64,000 nt of DNA, taken from NCBI GenBank assembly GCA_951406725.2, contig OX597840.1, positions 29,388,001-29,452,000 of the forward strand, in the 5' to 3' direction. Of the stretch, positions 12,620 to 25,432 are shown piece after piece; within the stretch, counting starts at the first letter, position 1, and each line of letters opens with the position of its first letter. The translations under genes and the position numbers were made by a program. The notes below the pieces were generated by a model. It was given only the letters and a program-made list of their open reading frames with translations. It was not told the DNA's origin and searched no databases. The DNA comes from Octopus vulgaris (Eukaryota).

Positions 12620-13755
12620 ATATCTAAACTGTCTGTCACAATATCGGGGCAGCACCACGACATTTGGAGACGGAGGATGCAACAACTATCCACGAACATC
12701 TTAAGCAAATTGAGAAAAACATGCAAAGAAGGGATTTGGTTCCACATAAGCTTACGCTTGAGAACCGAACACAACGTTCCATCATCTGAAGCAGTCTTCT
12801 AACCAGAAATGAAAATCTGTTATTACTGCAACGCATTGTTACAGGTGATGAAAATCGGGTTTGCATCACAACAGAAAACGCAAAAGACAATGGTTATCAC
12901 GTAATGAGAGGCCAGTGCCAATATCAAAACCAGAACACCATCCACAAAATTCTATATTTAGTGGACATAAGTTAGTTAAGTTAAGTTAATTTTTTGGCTC
13001 AAAAAGCAAAAAGCAAGGCCATGTACAGGGAGGTTGTTCATGCAAAGAGTTCAAGCCATTTCTGGTCAAGGGAGACTTTGAACCGAGCGGTCGTCGGCAT
13101 CTTCACTATCTCGTCCGGCAGCTTATTCCACGGATCCGCAACCCGGACGGAGAAAGCCCCTCTCCTTCGATTGAGATGAAATCGTCGCAGATAGAGCTTT
13201 TCGGAGTGACCCCGCAGCCGACGCTCTGGAGCAGGAGTGAAGAACAGCTCTTTCGAGAGGTTACACTTTCCGCTTATGATGTTGTGAGCAAGAATGAGAT
13301 CACCACGGCGTCGTCGTTTTTCTAGAGAATAAAGGTCGAGCGTCTTCAGCCTTTCTTCATAGGTATCGTCCATTATGAGCTACTGGAACAAGGAAGGACC
13401 ATCAGTGCAAATGTTAATTGCACACAATTTGATAGTGTAATTGAAAAATTTCGTTGAAAGTGTTATTATCCAGGACGACAAAGTATGGCCAGGCTCTTCA
13501 AAACAAATCCAAGAAAAAGTCAGATCGTTCGGATGGGAAGTTCTTCCACGTCCTTCAAACTCACCTGACTTCGCACCTTCGGATTTCCGTCAGTTCTGAT
13601 TACTAGAACATTTTATAAGTGAGCAAGTTGAAAACAAACTTTCAGACATTTTGTCAGGAAAAGAAATATATTTCTCAAAGATAAGTGGCATAAAAAAGTT
13701 ACTAACTTTTTGCGCTGCATTTGTTCAGAATGATGGTGATTACATTCTTGATTAA
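12620..13755 (+). mobile_element. Mariner (DD34D-type) transposase pseudogene interrupted by a CR1 fragment
   Basis: VPHKLT, RIVTGDE, KRKRQWL before the insert; GIVHYELL..GRTI, GWEVLPRPSNSPDFAPSDF (YSPDLAPSD) after it. Confidence 0.85.
12969..13363 (-). mobile_element. CR1-clade LINE 3' end with (TAACT)n tail
   Basis: YEERLKTLDLYSLEKRRRRGDLI..RGHSEKL..FSVRVADPWNKLP; near-identical copy at 56440-56762. Confidence 0.9.
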
Positions 13756-14171
13756 AACTATTCAGATAAACGTAGTTTACATTCGTTTATATATCATTTC
13801 TGGTAAAAGCAATTATTTTCCCAACACCTTATTACATATATATATATATGTGTGTATGTGTGTGTGTATATATGTATACATACACATACATATACACATG
13901 TATGTATATATACATGTATATATATACATATATATATATAAAAAAAGGAAATGAAGAAAATGCTGACAAAATGATTTAAGTAAGGGAGAGTGTATTTAAT
14001 TAGGTGAAAGTTCTTTTTACCGGTTGCGCATTTGTTATGCTTATCAAAAGATATTTTTTTAAGAGAGATAGAGTTCCTTTCTGATAGATTTTTTTCTCTT
14101 ATCATATATATTATACGTTCTTGTCCATGTTGTATTTTTCTACATACCTTAATATATATATATATATATAT

Positions 14172-14272
14172 ATAAAGTTAATCCAAACAAGAAAACAAAA
14201 AAGACAACAACGCAAAGAGGTGGAACAATTAAAGTATTATTAGCCGCTCAGGAAACAAGGGAAGAAGGAGGA

Positions 14273-14336
<64 letters not shown>

Positions 14337-14560
14337 ATCTATAGTCAATTGAAAAAAACACAGAGAAAAAGAAAAAAGCGAACAAACGTTTAGACGTGGC
14401 AGAAGCAATGCGTTAATAAGACGCTCAGAAAAGGAAAAGAGTAGAAGTTTTATGTTTCGAGCATAGCTCTTCTTCGGAAACAGGAAGAAACAAGAAAGTC
14501 CAAGATGAAGGAGGTAAAATAATGTCAACAGTCACACGCGGTTACATTTTTGAAGTGACC
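14172..14560 (-). mobile_element. PLE pseudo-LTR (inverted relative to RT) with hammerhead variant at 14447-14481
   Basis: GUUU CCGAAGA A GAGC UAU GCUC GAA ACAU A AAAC; end 14172-14228 is the inverse of 15382-15436. Confidence 0.6.
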
Positions 14561-14639
14561 GGAAGTAGGAATGAAGAGAAAATGCTTTCTGGGACAGGAG
14601 AGTGTGAAAATGGTCAGTATGTATGTATGTGAATCGGTT

Positions 14640-15040
14640 GCCTTTTGCAACCTCCATCACCATAACAACATCGTCATCAAGACCAGCAGACAAAGATGGA
14701 GCAGCGGTGGTGTGGTGTGCAGACCTGTATAAGGAGGTAGCACTCCATCAGCTTCGGAGACCCCTCATTCTCTATTCCTTCGTTCTCTCAGATCCTACAC
14801 CCTCCTACCAGCAGCGTGTGTCCTCCACCATTCATGCCCTCATCTCCTCTTCTACCCCATTCCTACCATCACCAACCTCATCATCCGAACACCCCATACT
14901 CCCACCATCCATTTCCTTCCCAAAATACACCAGCCCAACAACCCTGGTCACTCCATTGTCTCCGACTGTAACTGCCTCTCAGAACACATCTTCAAATATC
15001 TCATCCATTCTTCCCCCTTTAGTCACTGCTCTCCTGTAAC
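14640..15040 (+). mobile_element. Penelope-like element reverse transcriptase N-terminal fragment
   Basis: NIVI-RPADKDGAAVVW..LYKE..L.QL and HFLPKIHQPNNPGHSIVS..C (PADKG / LPKIHK..PGRPIVS motifs), frameshifted. Confidence 0.85.
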
Positions 15041-15430
15041 ACTTCGAAGTTACAGTTATCAACAGCCATCAACAGACTTCAAAGCCACAATCAATACTCT
15101 TTTTGTGAAAGCATTATGAATTTGTATTCAACCAATTGTATTGAATAATCTTTCAATCTAATGCAAAATTGTTTTCATTATATCATAAGCATCAATAATA
15201 TCTAGGTATATATGTATGTTTGTATATGTATATGTACACATGTGTGTGTGTGTGTGTGTGTATTTATATATATATATATTTATACATACATATATAACTT
15301 CATCATCATCATCATCATTATTCAGCATTCATATTGCACGCTGCTTTCTCTCTCTCCTTTCTGTGTGTGAGTGTATATATATATGTTCCACATCCTTGCG
15401 TTGTTGTTTTTTGTTTTCTTGTTTGGATTA

Positions 15431-16099
<669 letters not shown>

Positions 16100-16104
<5 letters not shown>

Positions 16105-16443
16105 GGAGATGTACTTGCATAGCATGAGACCTAAACTGAGATCGTGTGCTGGAACGAAAACAATTGCAGTGTGGAAGGTGTTTATAAGCCATTTAAGAAA
16201 CACACAAAAACCGTTAGAATCACTTCAACATTTAAATTTAATTTGTCAAAATATTTTCGTCGCTTTGAAACCGCGACCTGTTCACTGACAAAATTCCATG
16301 CTGCGTTTCTGAATTTTGTCAGTGAACAAGTTGCGGTCTCAAAGCGACGAAAATATGTTGACAAATTTAATTTAAATGTTGAAGTGAATTTAACCGTTTT
16401 TGTGTTTCTTAAATGGCTTATAAACACCTTCCACACTGCAATT

Positions 16444-16448
<5 letters not shown>
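16100..16448. mobile_element. Near-perfect hairpin element in (TA)n with G3-C8 hammerhead variants (16242-16292 -, 16315-16365 +)
   Basis: ~135-bp arms, 14-nt spacer; UUUGUCA GUGAACA G GUCGC..GCGAC GAA AAUAUU U UGACAAA. Confidence 0.65.
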
Positions 16449-16487
<39 letters not shown>

Positions 16488-16660
16488 CATATATATATAT
16501 ATATATATGCCAAATGATAGATATATAGATAGATATATAGATAGATAGATATAGATATAGATATATACATATATATGTATGTGTATGTGTATATATATAT
16601 ATATTTACAAATGATAGATATATAGATAGTTATAGATATATACATATATGTATGTGTATG

Positions 16661-16693
<33 letters not shown>

Positions 16694-16826
16694 TGCATGT
16701 ATGTATGTATGCATATGATCTTGTACCAGCTATATAAATCCACACCTCTTTGATCTGTAACAAATTTGATAATTGCAAATGCATAAAACTCTCAGCCCTT
16801 GAGTCACTCTGTTGCTTCTGCTAAAA

Positions 16827-16870
<44 letters not shown>

Positions 16871-16920
16871 CTATATAGGTAAAGATACATATATAATACA
16901 TCATACATACATAGATACAT

Positions 16921-16960
<40 letters not shown>

Positions 16961-16982
16961 GTATGTGTGTGTGTATATATAT

Positions 16983-17015
<33 letters not shown>

Positions 17016-17019
17016 GGTA

Positions 17020-17415
17020 CACACACACACACACACATTTGTATATATATACACACACACACCAAAAGTAACAAGAACTACATACATACATATATCTATA
17101 TATATATGTATATGTATGTGTGTGTATATATAAACATAAATGTAAATATAAATAAACATAGATATAAATATATATATATATACACTACACACACAAACAC
17201 ACACATTTGTATATACACACACACACACACACCAAAAGTAACAAGAATTACATACATACATATATCTATATATATATATGTATATGTATGTGTGTGTATA
17301 TATAAACATAAATGTAAATATATATAAACATAGATATAAAAATATATATATATACACTTACATACACACACACATTTGTATATACGCACACACACACACA
17401 CACCAAAAGTAACAA
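17020..17415. repeat. ~170-bp tandem repeat built from microsatellite pieces
   Basis: ACCAAAAGTAACAA recurs at 17061, 17231, 17402. Confidence 0.8.
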
Positions 17416-17859
17416 TTTCATGTACCTACCTGAATATACTCCTCCCTGCATTAAATATGTTAACGCTATCTTAACAATCTACCTGTCTCATGACACAATT
17501 ATTTCTAATCAACTTTTTAATATTCCCAACATGAAATATTTTAACCTTACCTTACTCGCAGTAAAAATATTTGTTATGATATCAGCTCATCTGACATACC
17601 ACGGTGTTTATTTAAAACTGTTTTGGTGCCTAGCACACATACACTTTATGTCAACTTGGGAGATTTGCTCTTCAAATTTTGCTTTCCCAGGCATTGATTA
17701 AGATCAAAGCTTTGATACGAGTCTCTTGCTTAAGGTGACAATGTTATGTGATCAAATGCAGACCCATGGTAGTTGCAAACGGAACTTTCTAATTCACGCA
17801 GCTCTGCTTTGCTCTCAGGCATGTATGTGTTGCTCTGAGCTGTGTTTCAGCCTCTTTAG

Positions 17860-17947
17860 ATAATGATAATAATGATGATGATGATGATGATGAGGAGAAG
17901 GAGGAGGATGTTGATGATGAAGATGATGATGATGATGATTATGGTGG

Positions 17948-17984
<37 letters not shown>

Positions 17985-17998
17985 ATTGATGATGATAT

Positions 17999-18042
<44 letters not shown>

Positions 18043-18094
18043 GTGGTGATGATGATGATGATGATGATGATGGTGGTGATGATGATGATGGTGG

Positions 18095-18146
<52 letters not shown>

Positions 18147-18188
18147 GATGATGATGATGATGATGATGGTGGTGGTGATGATGATGAA

Positions 18189-18267
<79 letters not shown>

Positions 18268-18310
18268 TTGATGATGATGTTGATCTTGTCGTTGATGATG
18301 ATGATGATGT
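17860..18310. repeat. (ATG)n microsatellite
   Basis: Direct; source of poly-His/Met/Ser ORFs. Confidence 0.95.
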
Positions 18311-18442
18311 GAGTTTCTTTGCCCTAAGTGTTGGGAAGACATTTTGCAAGAAATGGAAACAAAATTGAAGGAGAAAATGTCATTGTATGACAACAGCAAC
18401 AACAACAGCTACAACAGCAGCAGTAACAACAACAAGAACAGC

Positions 18443-18800
18443 AGGAGGCGCAATGGCCCAGTGGTTAGGGCAGTGGACTCGCGGACGGAGGATCGCAGTT
18501 TCGATTCCCAGACCGGGCGTTGTTTATTGAGAGAAAACACCCAAAGCTCCACAAGGCTCTGGCAGGGGGTGATGGCGACCCCTGTTGTACTCTTTCTCTC
18601 ACTCTTTCTTCCTGTTTCTTGTCCCCGACTTCCTACGCAACCGCTGAGCCTGGATGCACATTCATCCATCCGTCGATGCTCTCGGTGTCGGGGGTTGACC
18701 TGCTTTCTCTTCTGCAGGTCTTACGAATAGTAACGGACCACATTTCGGACTTCTCCCATCTTGCAAGCTCTGGGATGAAGACCGCTCGCTCAACAGCAAC
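18443..18800 (+). mobile_element. tRNA(Arg)-like SINE family D
   Basis: TGGCCCAGTGGTTAGGGC..ACTCGCG..GTTTCGATTCC head, (CAA) tail; second copy 61900-62300. Confidence 0.8.
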
Positions 18801-19126
18801 AGCAGCAACAACAAGAATAATAATTATAATAATAATAGATTACATAATGATAAAACATACCTAAATGCACTCAAACACACACATACACACACATGCACAC
18901 ACATACACATACACCCATACACACACATAGACATTCTCACAACACACACACAGATACACATATCTCATCTTTATTTAACATCTACTTTTCCATGCTTACA
19001 AGGATTGCACAGAGTTCGTTGAAACCAATTTTCAATGGAGCAGTGGTCCTTTTCTTGTCAACCTTCACCTGTTTCCAGGTAAGGTAAGCATTTCCCTACG
19101 ACCATAGTTTCACTGAAAATTGGAAG

Positions 19127-19540
19127 CATGGCTGTGTAGTAAAAAGTTTGCCTCTCAATCAAATAGTTCCAGGTTCAACCCCACTGTGAGGCACTTTGCA
19201 TTAGTGTCTTCTTCTATAGCCTCAGACCGACCTAAGCCTTATGAGAGGATTTGGTAGATGGAAACTGAAAGAAGCCCATCGTATATATATATATGTGTGT
19301 GTGTATCTTTGTGTCTGTGTTTGTTTTCCACCAATGGTTGATGACTGCTGTTGGTGTGTTTATGTCCCCATGACTTAGCGGTTCAGCAAAAGAGAACACT
19401 AGAGTATGTACCAGGCTTTACAAAAAGAATATATATATATATAAGTGCTGGTTTCGATTCATTCAACTAAAATTCGTCAAGGTGGTGCTCCAGCATGGCC
19501 ACAGCCTAATGACTTAGACAAGTAACAGATAAAAGAGAAA
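19127..19540 (+). mobile_element. SINE family A, diverged
   Basis: Similarity to other copies. Confidence 0.75.
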
Positions 19541-19739
19541 AGAAAAACAGCATCACTGGTATGGTGTTGATGCTCAGTTACAACGATAACATGATGTGAA
19601 GAAAAACACACACACATACATACAAAAATACACACACATACACATACAAACACACACATACACACACATGCACATAATAGGCTTCTTGCTGTTTTTGTTG
19701 ATCAGATCCATTCACAAGGTTTTGGTCATGATGATTATT

Positions 19740-20103
19740 TAAAGTGGATTGAACTTGTGGAAAAGAGAGACCCAGGAAGACATGGGACAAAGTATCGAAG
19801 GCTGACCTCAAAACACTGAGCCTTAAGAAGGAGATGATAAAGGACCAAGATATCTGGTACCGTGCTGTACTCAAGAAGACCCATCTGTCACAGCGGAATC
19901 GATACCGGTGCTGGTGCTACATCAAAAAGCACCCAGTACTCTCTGTGGAGTGGTTGGCATCAGAGATGGTATCCAGCTGTAAGAACCATGCCAAAAACAG
20001 ACAGTGGGGCCTGGTGCAGTCCCTAGCCCCTTACCAACTCCAGTCAAACCATCCAACCCATGCCAGCATGGAAAACGGACATTAACTGATGATGAAAATG
20101 ATA
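19740..20103 (+). mobile_element. RTE LINE 3' end (ORF2 C-terminus + 3'UTR)
   Basis: TCGKERPRKTWDKVSKADLKTLSL..IKDQDIWYRAVL followed by family-B-like UTR and (GAT) tail. Confidence 0.8.
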
Positions 20104-20135
20104 TTCATATATGTGTATATGTGTGTGTGTATATA

Positions 20136-20475
20136 TATTCTGTTGTGTCTGGGGAGAGTCATTTTCTTTTAGTGCCTTATTATTTAACATACTCACCGGT
20201 AAAATTTCCACTTTTTTCTTATTTTTATTTTCCTAAAATTTTCGTTGCGTCCTGCAACCTTTTCAATAGTTTTGTATGTAGAGTCAAGAGTATTGAAAAG
20301 GTTGCAAGATGCAACGAAAATTTTAAGAAAATGAAAATAAAAAAGTGGAGATTTTACCGGTGAGTGTGTTACATTACAAGGCACAAGAAGAAAATTACTC
20401 TCTCCAGACACAACAGAATATGCTTCAACACACAAACTCACATAAAGAATCTTGCAAACCAAATCCAAAAACGAA
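20136..20475. mobile_element. Hairpin element with U3-A8 hammerhead variants (20233-20269 -, 20291-20325 +)
   Basis: ~135-bp arms; CUA UUGAAAA G GUUGC AGGAC GCAAC GAA AAUU U UAG. Confidence 0.6.
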
Positions 20476-20504
20476 ATATATATATGTGTGTGTGTGTGTG
20501 TGTA

Positions 20505-20876
20505 TCAAATGGAACTTGTGGAAGTAGGAGACCCAGGAAGACATGGCATGAATTCCTAAAGGTCAATCTGAAGACACTGAGCCTTAGAAAGGGGATGACA
20601 GAGGATTGAGACTCTTGGTGCCTTGCTGTACTCAAGAAGACGCCTCCACCCCAGCAAAAGTGATACCGGTGCTGGTGCCACATAAGAAGGACTGGTGCTG
20701 GTGCCATGTAAAAAGCACCAAATGCACTCTGTGGAATAGTTGGCATTAGGAAGGGCATCTAGCCATAGAAACCATGCCAGAAAAGACAATGGGACCTGGT
20801 GTGGCCTCTGGCATGACCAGCTCTAGTCAAACCTTCCAACCCATGCCAGCGTGGAAAATGGATGTTAAGTGATGAG
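20505..20876 (+). mobile_element. RTE LINE 3' end
   Basis: GTCGSRRPRKTWHEFLKVNLKTLSL plus family-B-like UTR. Confidence 0.8.
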
Positions 20877-20904
20877 AGTGAAGGCTTTAGTGGCAGACTT
20901 AAAA

Positions 20905-21228
20905 AAAGACTCCGCCGGTTACGACGACGAGGGTCCCAGCTGATACGATCAACGGAACAGCTTGCTCGTGAAATTAACGTGCAAATGGCTGAGCATTCCA
21001 CAGACACGTGTACCCTTAACGTAGTTCTCGGGGATAATCAGCGTGACACAGAGAGTGACAAGGCTGACCCTTTGAAGTACAAGTACAACTCATTTTTGCC
21101 AGCTGAGTGGACTGGAGCAACATGAAATAAAGTGTCTTGCTCAAGGACACAACGCGTCGCCAGGAATCGAACTCACAACCTTACGATCATGAGCCGAATG
21201 CCCTAACCACTAAGCCACACGCCCTCAC
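20905..21228 (-). mobile_element. tRNA-derived SINE family E
   Basis: TGGCTTAGTGG..GTTCGATTCC head then GTGTCCTTGAGCAAGACACTT core; relatives at 39615-39955 and 49065-49190. Confidence 0.75.
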
Positions 21229-21548
21229 CAGTGGCAGACTATTGCACAATATGCTACCAAGTAGGAATGAATCTGGAAACTTGTGATTGAGAAGCAAAGT
21301 TCTTAACCAAATTTATCAAATTTAGGATCAATGGCTGAGAAAAGAAACATTCACAAAACGAAATTAATCTGCAGTTTTCATTTTCTTTCTGTCAAATGGA
21401 AATTATATATGCACATGTATATTTATATATATACATGTAGATACACACACACATACACACATACATATATATATAACATCCGCACAAACACACACACCTA
21501 TATATATATATACATACATACACACACACACACATATATATATATGTA

Positions 21549-21620
<72 letters not shown>

Positions 21621-21632
21621 TAGATAGATACT

Positions 21633-21714
<82 letters not shown>

Positions 21715-21716
21715 CT

Positions 21717-21770
<54 letters not shown>

Positions 21771-22300
21771 TATATATATATGCATATGTATGTGTATATA
21801 CACACACATACACACATATATATATATAGAATACAATGATAAAGTAATTCTTTTACAGAACAAGTAATTAATCCATCAAGTATTCTCAAACCACTTCTTT
21901 CTCAAGCAGAAATGAAACAAAGAATAAAAATAATAATAAAATGATGCAAAAATAATAACAATAATAATAGCAATGATGATGAGGAAGCTGGTGATAATAA
22001 TAAGAATAAAAGTATGGATACTGCTATTAATAATAATGATAATGATTTTAACGATAATGACGATGATGATGATGATCATAATAATGATAATGATGATGAT
22101 GATGATGATGATGATGATTATAATAATATCGCTGTGAAAACAACATCTATTCATGAATTTATTTATTAATTTTTTAAATACATATTTTACCTGTGAACTT
22201 GCATGTGTAATCTGGGAATGCATACAATGAGCTTCTCTGCCCTGGGTGTACGGAAAACACTCGGCGAGAAATGGAAGAAAATTTGAAGAAAGAACGAAAT

Positions 22301-22345
<45 letters not shown>

Positions 22346-22999
22346 TATGTGGTGATGGAGAAGAAACAATAAATCATATCGTCTCTGGCTGCCCAGTCCT
22401 GGCTAAGAAGGAATATATTTACAGACACGACAGAGTTGGGACCTACATACACTGGAAGCTATGCCAACACTATGAAATAACAACAGAAAAAAGATGGTAT
22501 AGCCACATGTCAGAAAAGGTTATAAAAAATAAAAACAACCATGCTATGGGATATGCCAATATACACAGATAGAGAAATTAAGGCCAATAGGCCAGATATA
22601 TTTGTCAGAGATCATGGAGAAAAAAATGCTTTCTAATTGATGTATCAATACCAGTAGATGACAACGTTTCTCTAAAAGAAATGGAGAAACTTTCAAAATA
22701 CAAAGACCTGGAAATAGAGGTAACTAGAATGCGGAATCTGAAAACAGAAACAATTCCTATCATAGTAGGTGCATTAGGCATGATAAAAAAATATTCAGAC
22801 AAATACATAACAAAAACACCAGGACTTACAAACAAATATAACATACAGAAAATTGCACTACTAGGCACTGCACACATCCTTTGTAAAACACGTTCAATAC
22901 AGTAAAAATAAGCGCATCACAACACACCACAGCGCATACCCAAGGCACACAGAGCTGTGCTCGGTAGTGTAGTAAAAACACATGATAGAAATAAGACTA

Positions 23000-23003
<4 letters not shown>
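22346..23003 (+). mobile_element. R4/Dong-like non-LTR retrotransposon 3' end (CCHC + restriction-like endonuclease) in (TAA)n
   Basis: LCGDGEETINHIVSGCP, YIYRHDRV, WDMPIYTDREIKANRPDI, IDVSIP, EKLSKYKDL, IPIIVGALG, QKIALLGTAHIL; (TAA)n on both sides. Confidence 0.9.
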
Positions 23004-23071
<68 letters not shown>

Positions 23072-23163
23072 TAACAATAATAATAATGATAATAATAATA
23101 ATAATAATAATAATTAACAATAATAATTATTAACAATAATAATATTTAACAATAATAATAATG

Positions 23164-23237
<74 letters not shown>
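23003..23237. repeat. (TAA)n microsatellite
   Basis: Direct. Confidence 0.95.
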
Positions 23238-23648
23238 CCTTTCAACTATATGCACAAGACCTGAAATTTTAGGGGAGGAGACTAGTCGATTTCATCAATG
23301 CAAGTGTTTCACTGGTATTCACTTTATTGACCCCCAAAAGGATAAAAGGCAAAGTCAACCTCGACAGAATTTGAACTCAGACGTAGTGATGGGCGAAATA
23401 TCAATAAGTATTTCTTCCAGCATGCTAACAACTATGCGAGCTAAACTCTTTCAATCATAATAGTAATAATGATAATAATAATAATAATAATAACAATAAT
23501 CATGGCTGCTGCATTTATAATAGCAACAATAACTATAATAATGGTAACAACAACAATAATTATGATGATGACAATAATGATGATGATAAAGATAACGACA
23601 TCAACAATAATAATGATAATAACAACAACAATAATAATCACAATACTC

Positions 23649-23871
23649 TGTACTCTTTTACTTGTTTCAGTCATTTGATTGTGGCCATGCTGGAGCACCA
23701 CCTTTAGTCATGCAAATCGACCCCAGGACTTATTCTTTGTAAGTCTAGTACTTATTCTATCGGTCTCTTTTGCCAAACTGCTAAGTTATGGGGATATAAA
23801 CACACCAGCATCGGTTGTCAAGTGATGTTGGGGGGGGGGGGGGAACGGGACAAACACAGACACGCAAACAT

Positions 23872-23918
<47 letters not shown>

Positions 23919-24215
23919 TACAGCAGGCTTCTTTCAGTTTCCATCTACCAAATCCACTCACAAGGCTTTGGTTGGCTTGAAGCTACAGTGGCATGTCCAC
24001 AAAAGTCGGAGGTCCCGCAATTTGTTCGTAGTAGAACCTCACCAGGTCCTTAGTGGACGGGTGTTAATGTGTGGGTACGTGTCCTGCGATGCGCAGTAGT
24101 TTCTGCAATAGTCAGTCACCTCTTCACCACACCAATTATAGCCACACAGTGGGACTGAACCCGGAACCATGTGGTTTGTAAGCAAGCTACTTACCACACA
24201 GCCATTCCTATGCCT
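23649..24215 (-). mobile_element. SINE family A with ~150-bp foreign insert (23985-24138)
   Basis: Family A sequence on both sides of a GC-richer block. Confidence 0.75.
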
Positions 24216-24627
24216 ACTTAGTTAATGATAATGAAAACATAATAATACCCACAGCAACAACAATAATGATAAGTTGGATATTATTTGTAAAAGAAAAATT
24301 CAAAACTCATATTGCAAGTGGAAGATTGATGAACGAGGATAAAAGACATTTCACAATGTTATTCCAAGAAGATATTTCACGAAGACGTTTACCATTTTTG
24401 TCTTGTTACAGAATTTATAAATCCTGAAAGAAAAAAATGAAAAAAGGAAGATATTTTTATTGTTGTTAGTATTTCTTCAGAAAATATTGTCATATTCATT
24501 CATGTGTATATATAAGCATCATCAATGTATTATATATCCAAAAAAAAAGCACATTCTAAAGAATTATAGAAACACAGAGCATCTCAACAGAAATATTGGT
24601 AATGAAAGGGTGGACTACATTACTGTT

Positions 24628-25110
24628 GTTAACCGTTTCATTGCCAATATTTCTGTTGAGATGCTCTGTGTTTCTTTCAATTAATTTTAAATTTAGCAAA
24701 GAATTTAGTAAAATAATTTAGTTATCATTCAGCTAGTATTAGGGACATAAATTGTGACCAAGGTTTGGTGGAAGATTTTAATTCAAAACTTATGAAAACA
24801 AGACATTTGTACTACAGAGCCAGAAGTGGTTTCAGTTGGGTTGGTAACGAAAGGGTTCAGAATTGTTTCTCTATTATATATTTTAACCCTTTTGTTACCA
24901 TATTTCTGTTGAGATGCTCTGTGTTTCTTTTAATTAATTTTAAATATAACAAAGAATTTAGTAAAATAACTTGGTTATCATTCAGCTAGTGTTAGGAAGA
25001 TAAATTGTGACTAAGGTTTGGTGGAAGATTTTAATTCAAAACTTATGGAAACAAGACATTTGTATTACAGAGCCAGATGTAGTTTCAGGCAGGTTGGCAT
25101 CAAAAGGATT
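24628..25110. mobile_element. Two tandem piggyBac-type MITEs (family 2)
   Basis: TTAA-CCCTTT..AAAGGG-TT ends, ~230-bp units 24628-24857 and 24884-25110; relatives at 59780-60100 and 63960-64000. Confidence 0.6.
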
Positions 25111-25131
25111 CAGTCTATGTCCGGTCATGGA

Positions 25132-25198
25132 GTATAGTGGACCAATGATTTCACATCCATAAAAGGCTTAGACCCTATGGATGTCTCATCAGGCTCTA
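25132..25198 (-). ncRNA. Hammerhead ribozyme-like motif
   Basis: CUGAUGA G ACAUCCAUA..UAUGGAUGU GAA AUCA-U-UGGU C; long stem II, imperfect stem I. Confidence 0.55.
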
Positions 25199-25432
25199 AA
25201 GCCAAAGACAAGTGTAACTCTTCCTCTCTGGGAAGCAAGAACCCATTACAGTCGGTTCGTCAGTAGGTCACCAAAGAATAAACACTCCAGGGTGGCAAGG
25301 ATGAGTTGTCTCCCTTAGAACAGTTCATCTGGGTCAAAAGAGGGGGAACAGGGAAATAGACTTAACTACATATAAATATGACTATATCTATATACATATG
25401 TGTGCATGTGTATATGTATGTGTGTGTGTGCA

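Noticed and set aside
17420-17460. Minus-strand microexon CAG|GGAGGAGTATATTCAG|GTAGGT
   Set aside because: Poor polypyrimidine tract and no supporting exons
17815-18405. Poly-His/Met/Ser/Asp ORFs (also 33717-34320, 53385-54649)
   Set aside because: (ATG/CAT)n tracts open in several frames on both strands; no gene structure
18443-18520. tRNA genes (also 21155-21228, 61900-61975)
   Set aside because: Heads of multi-copy SINEs without a complete acceptor stem
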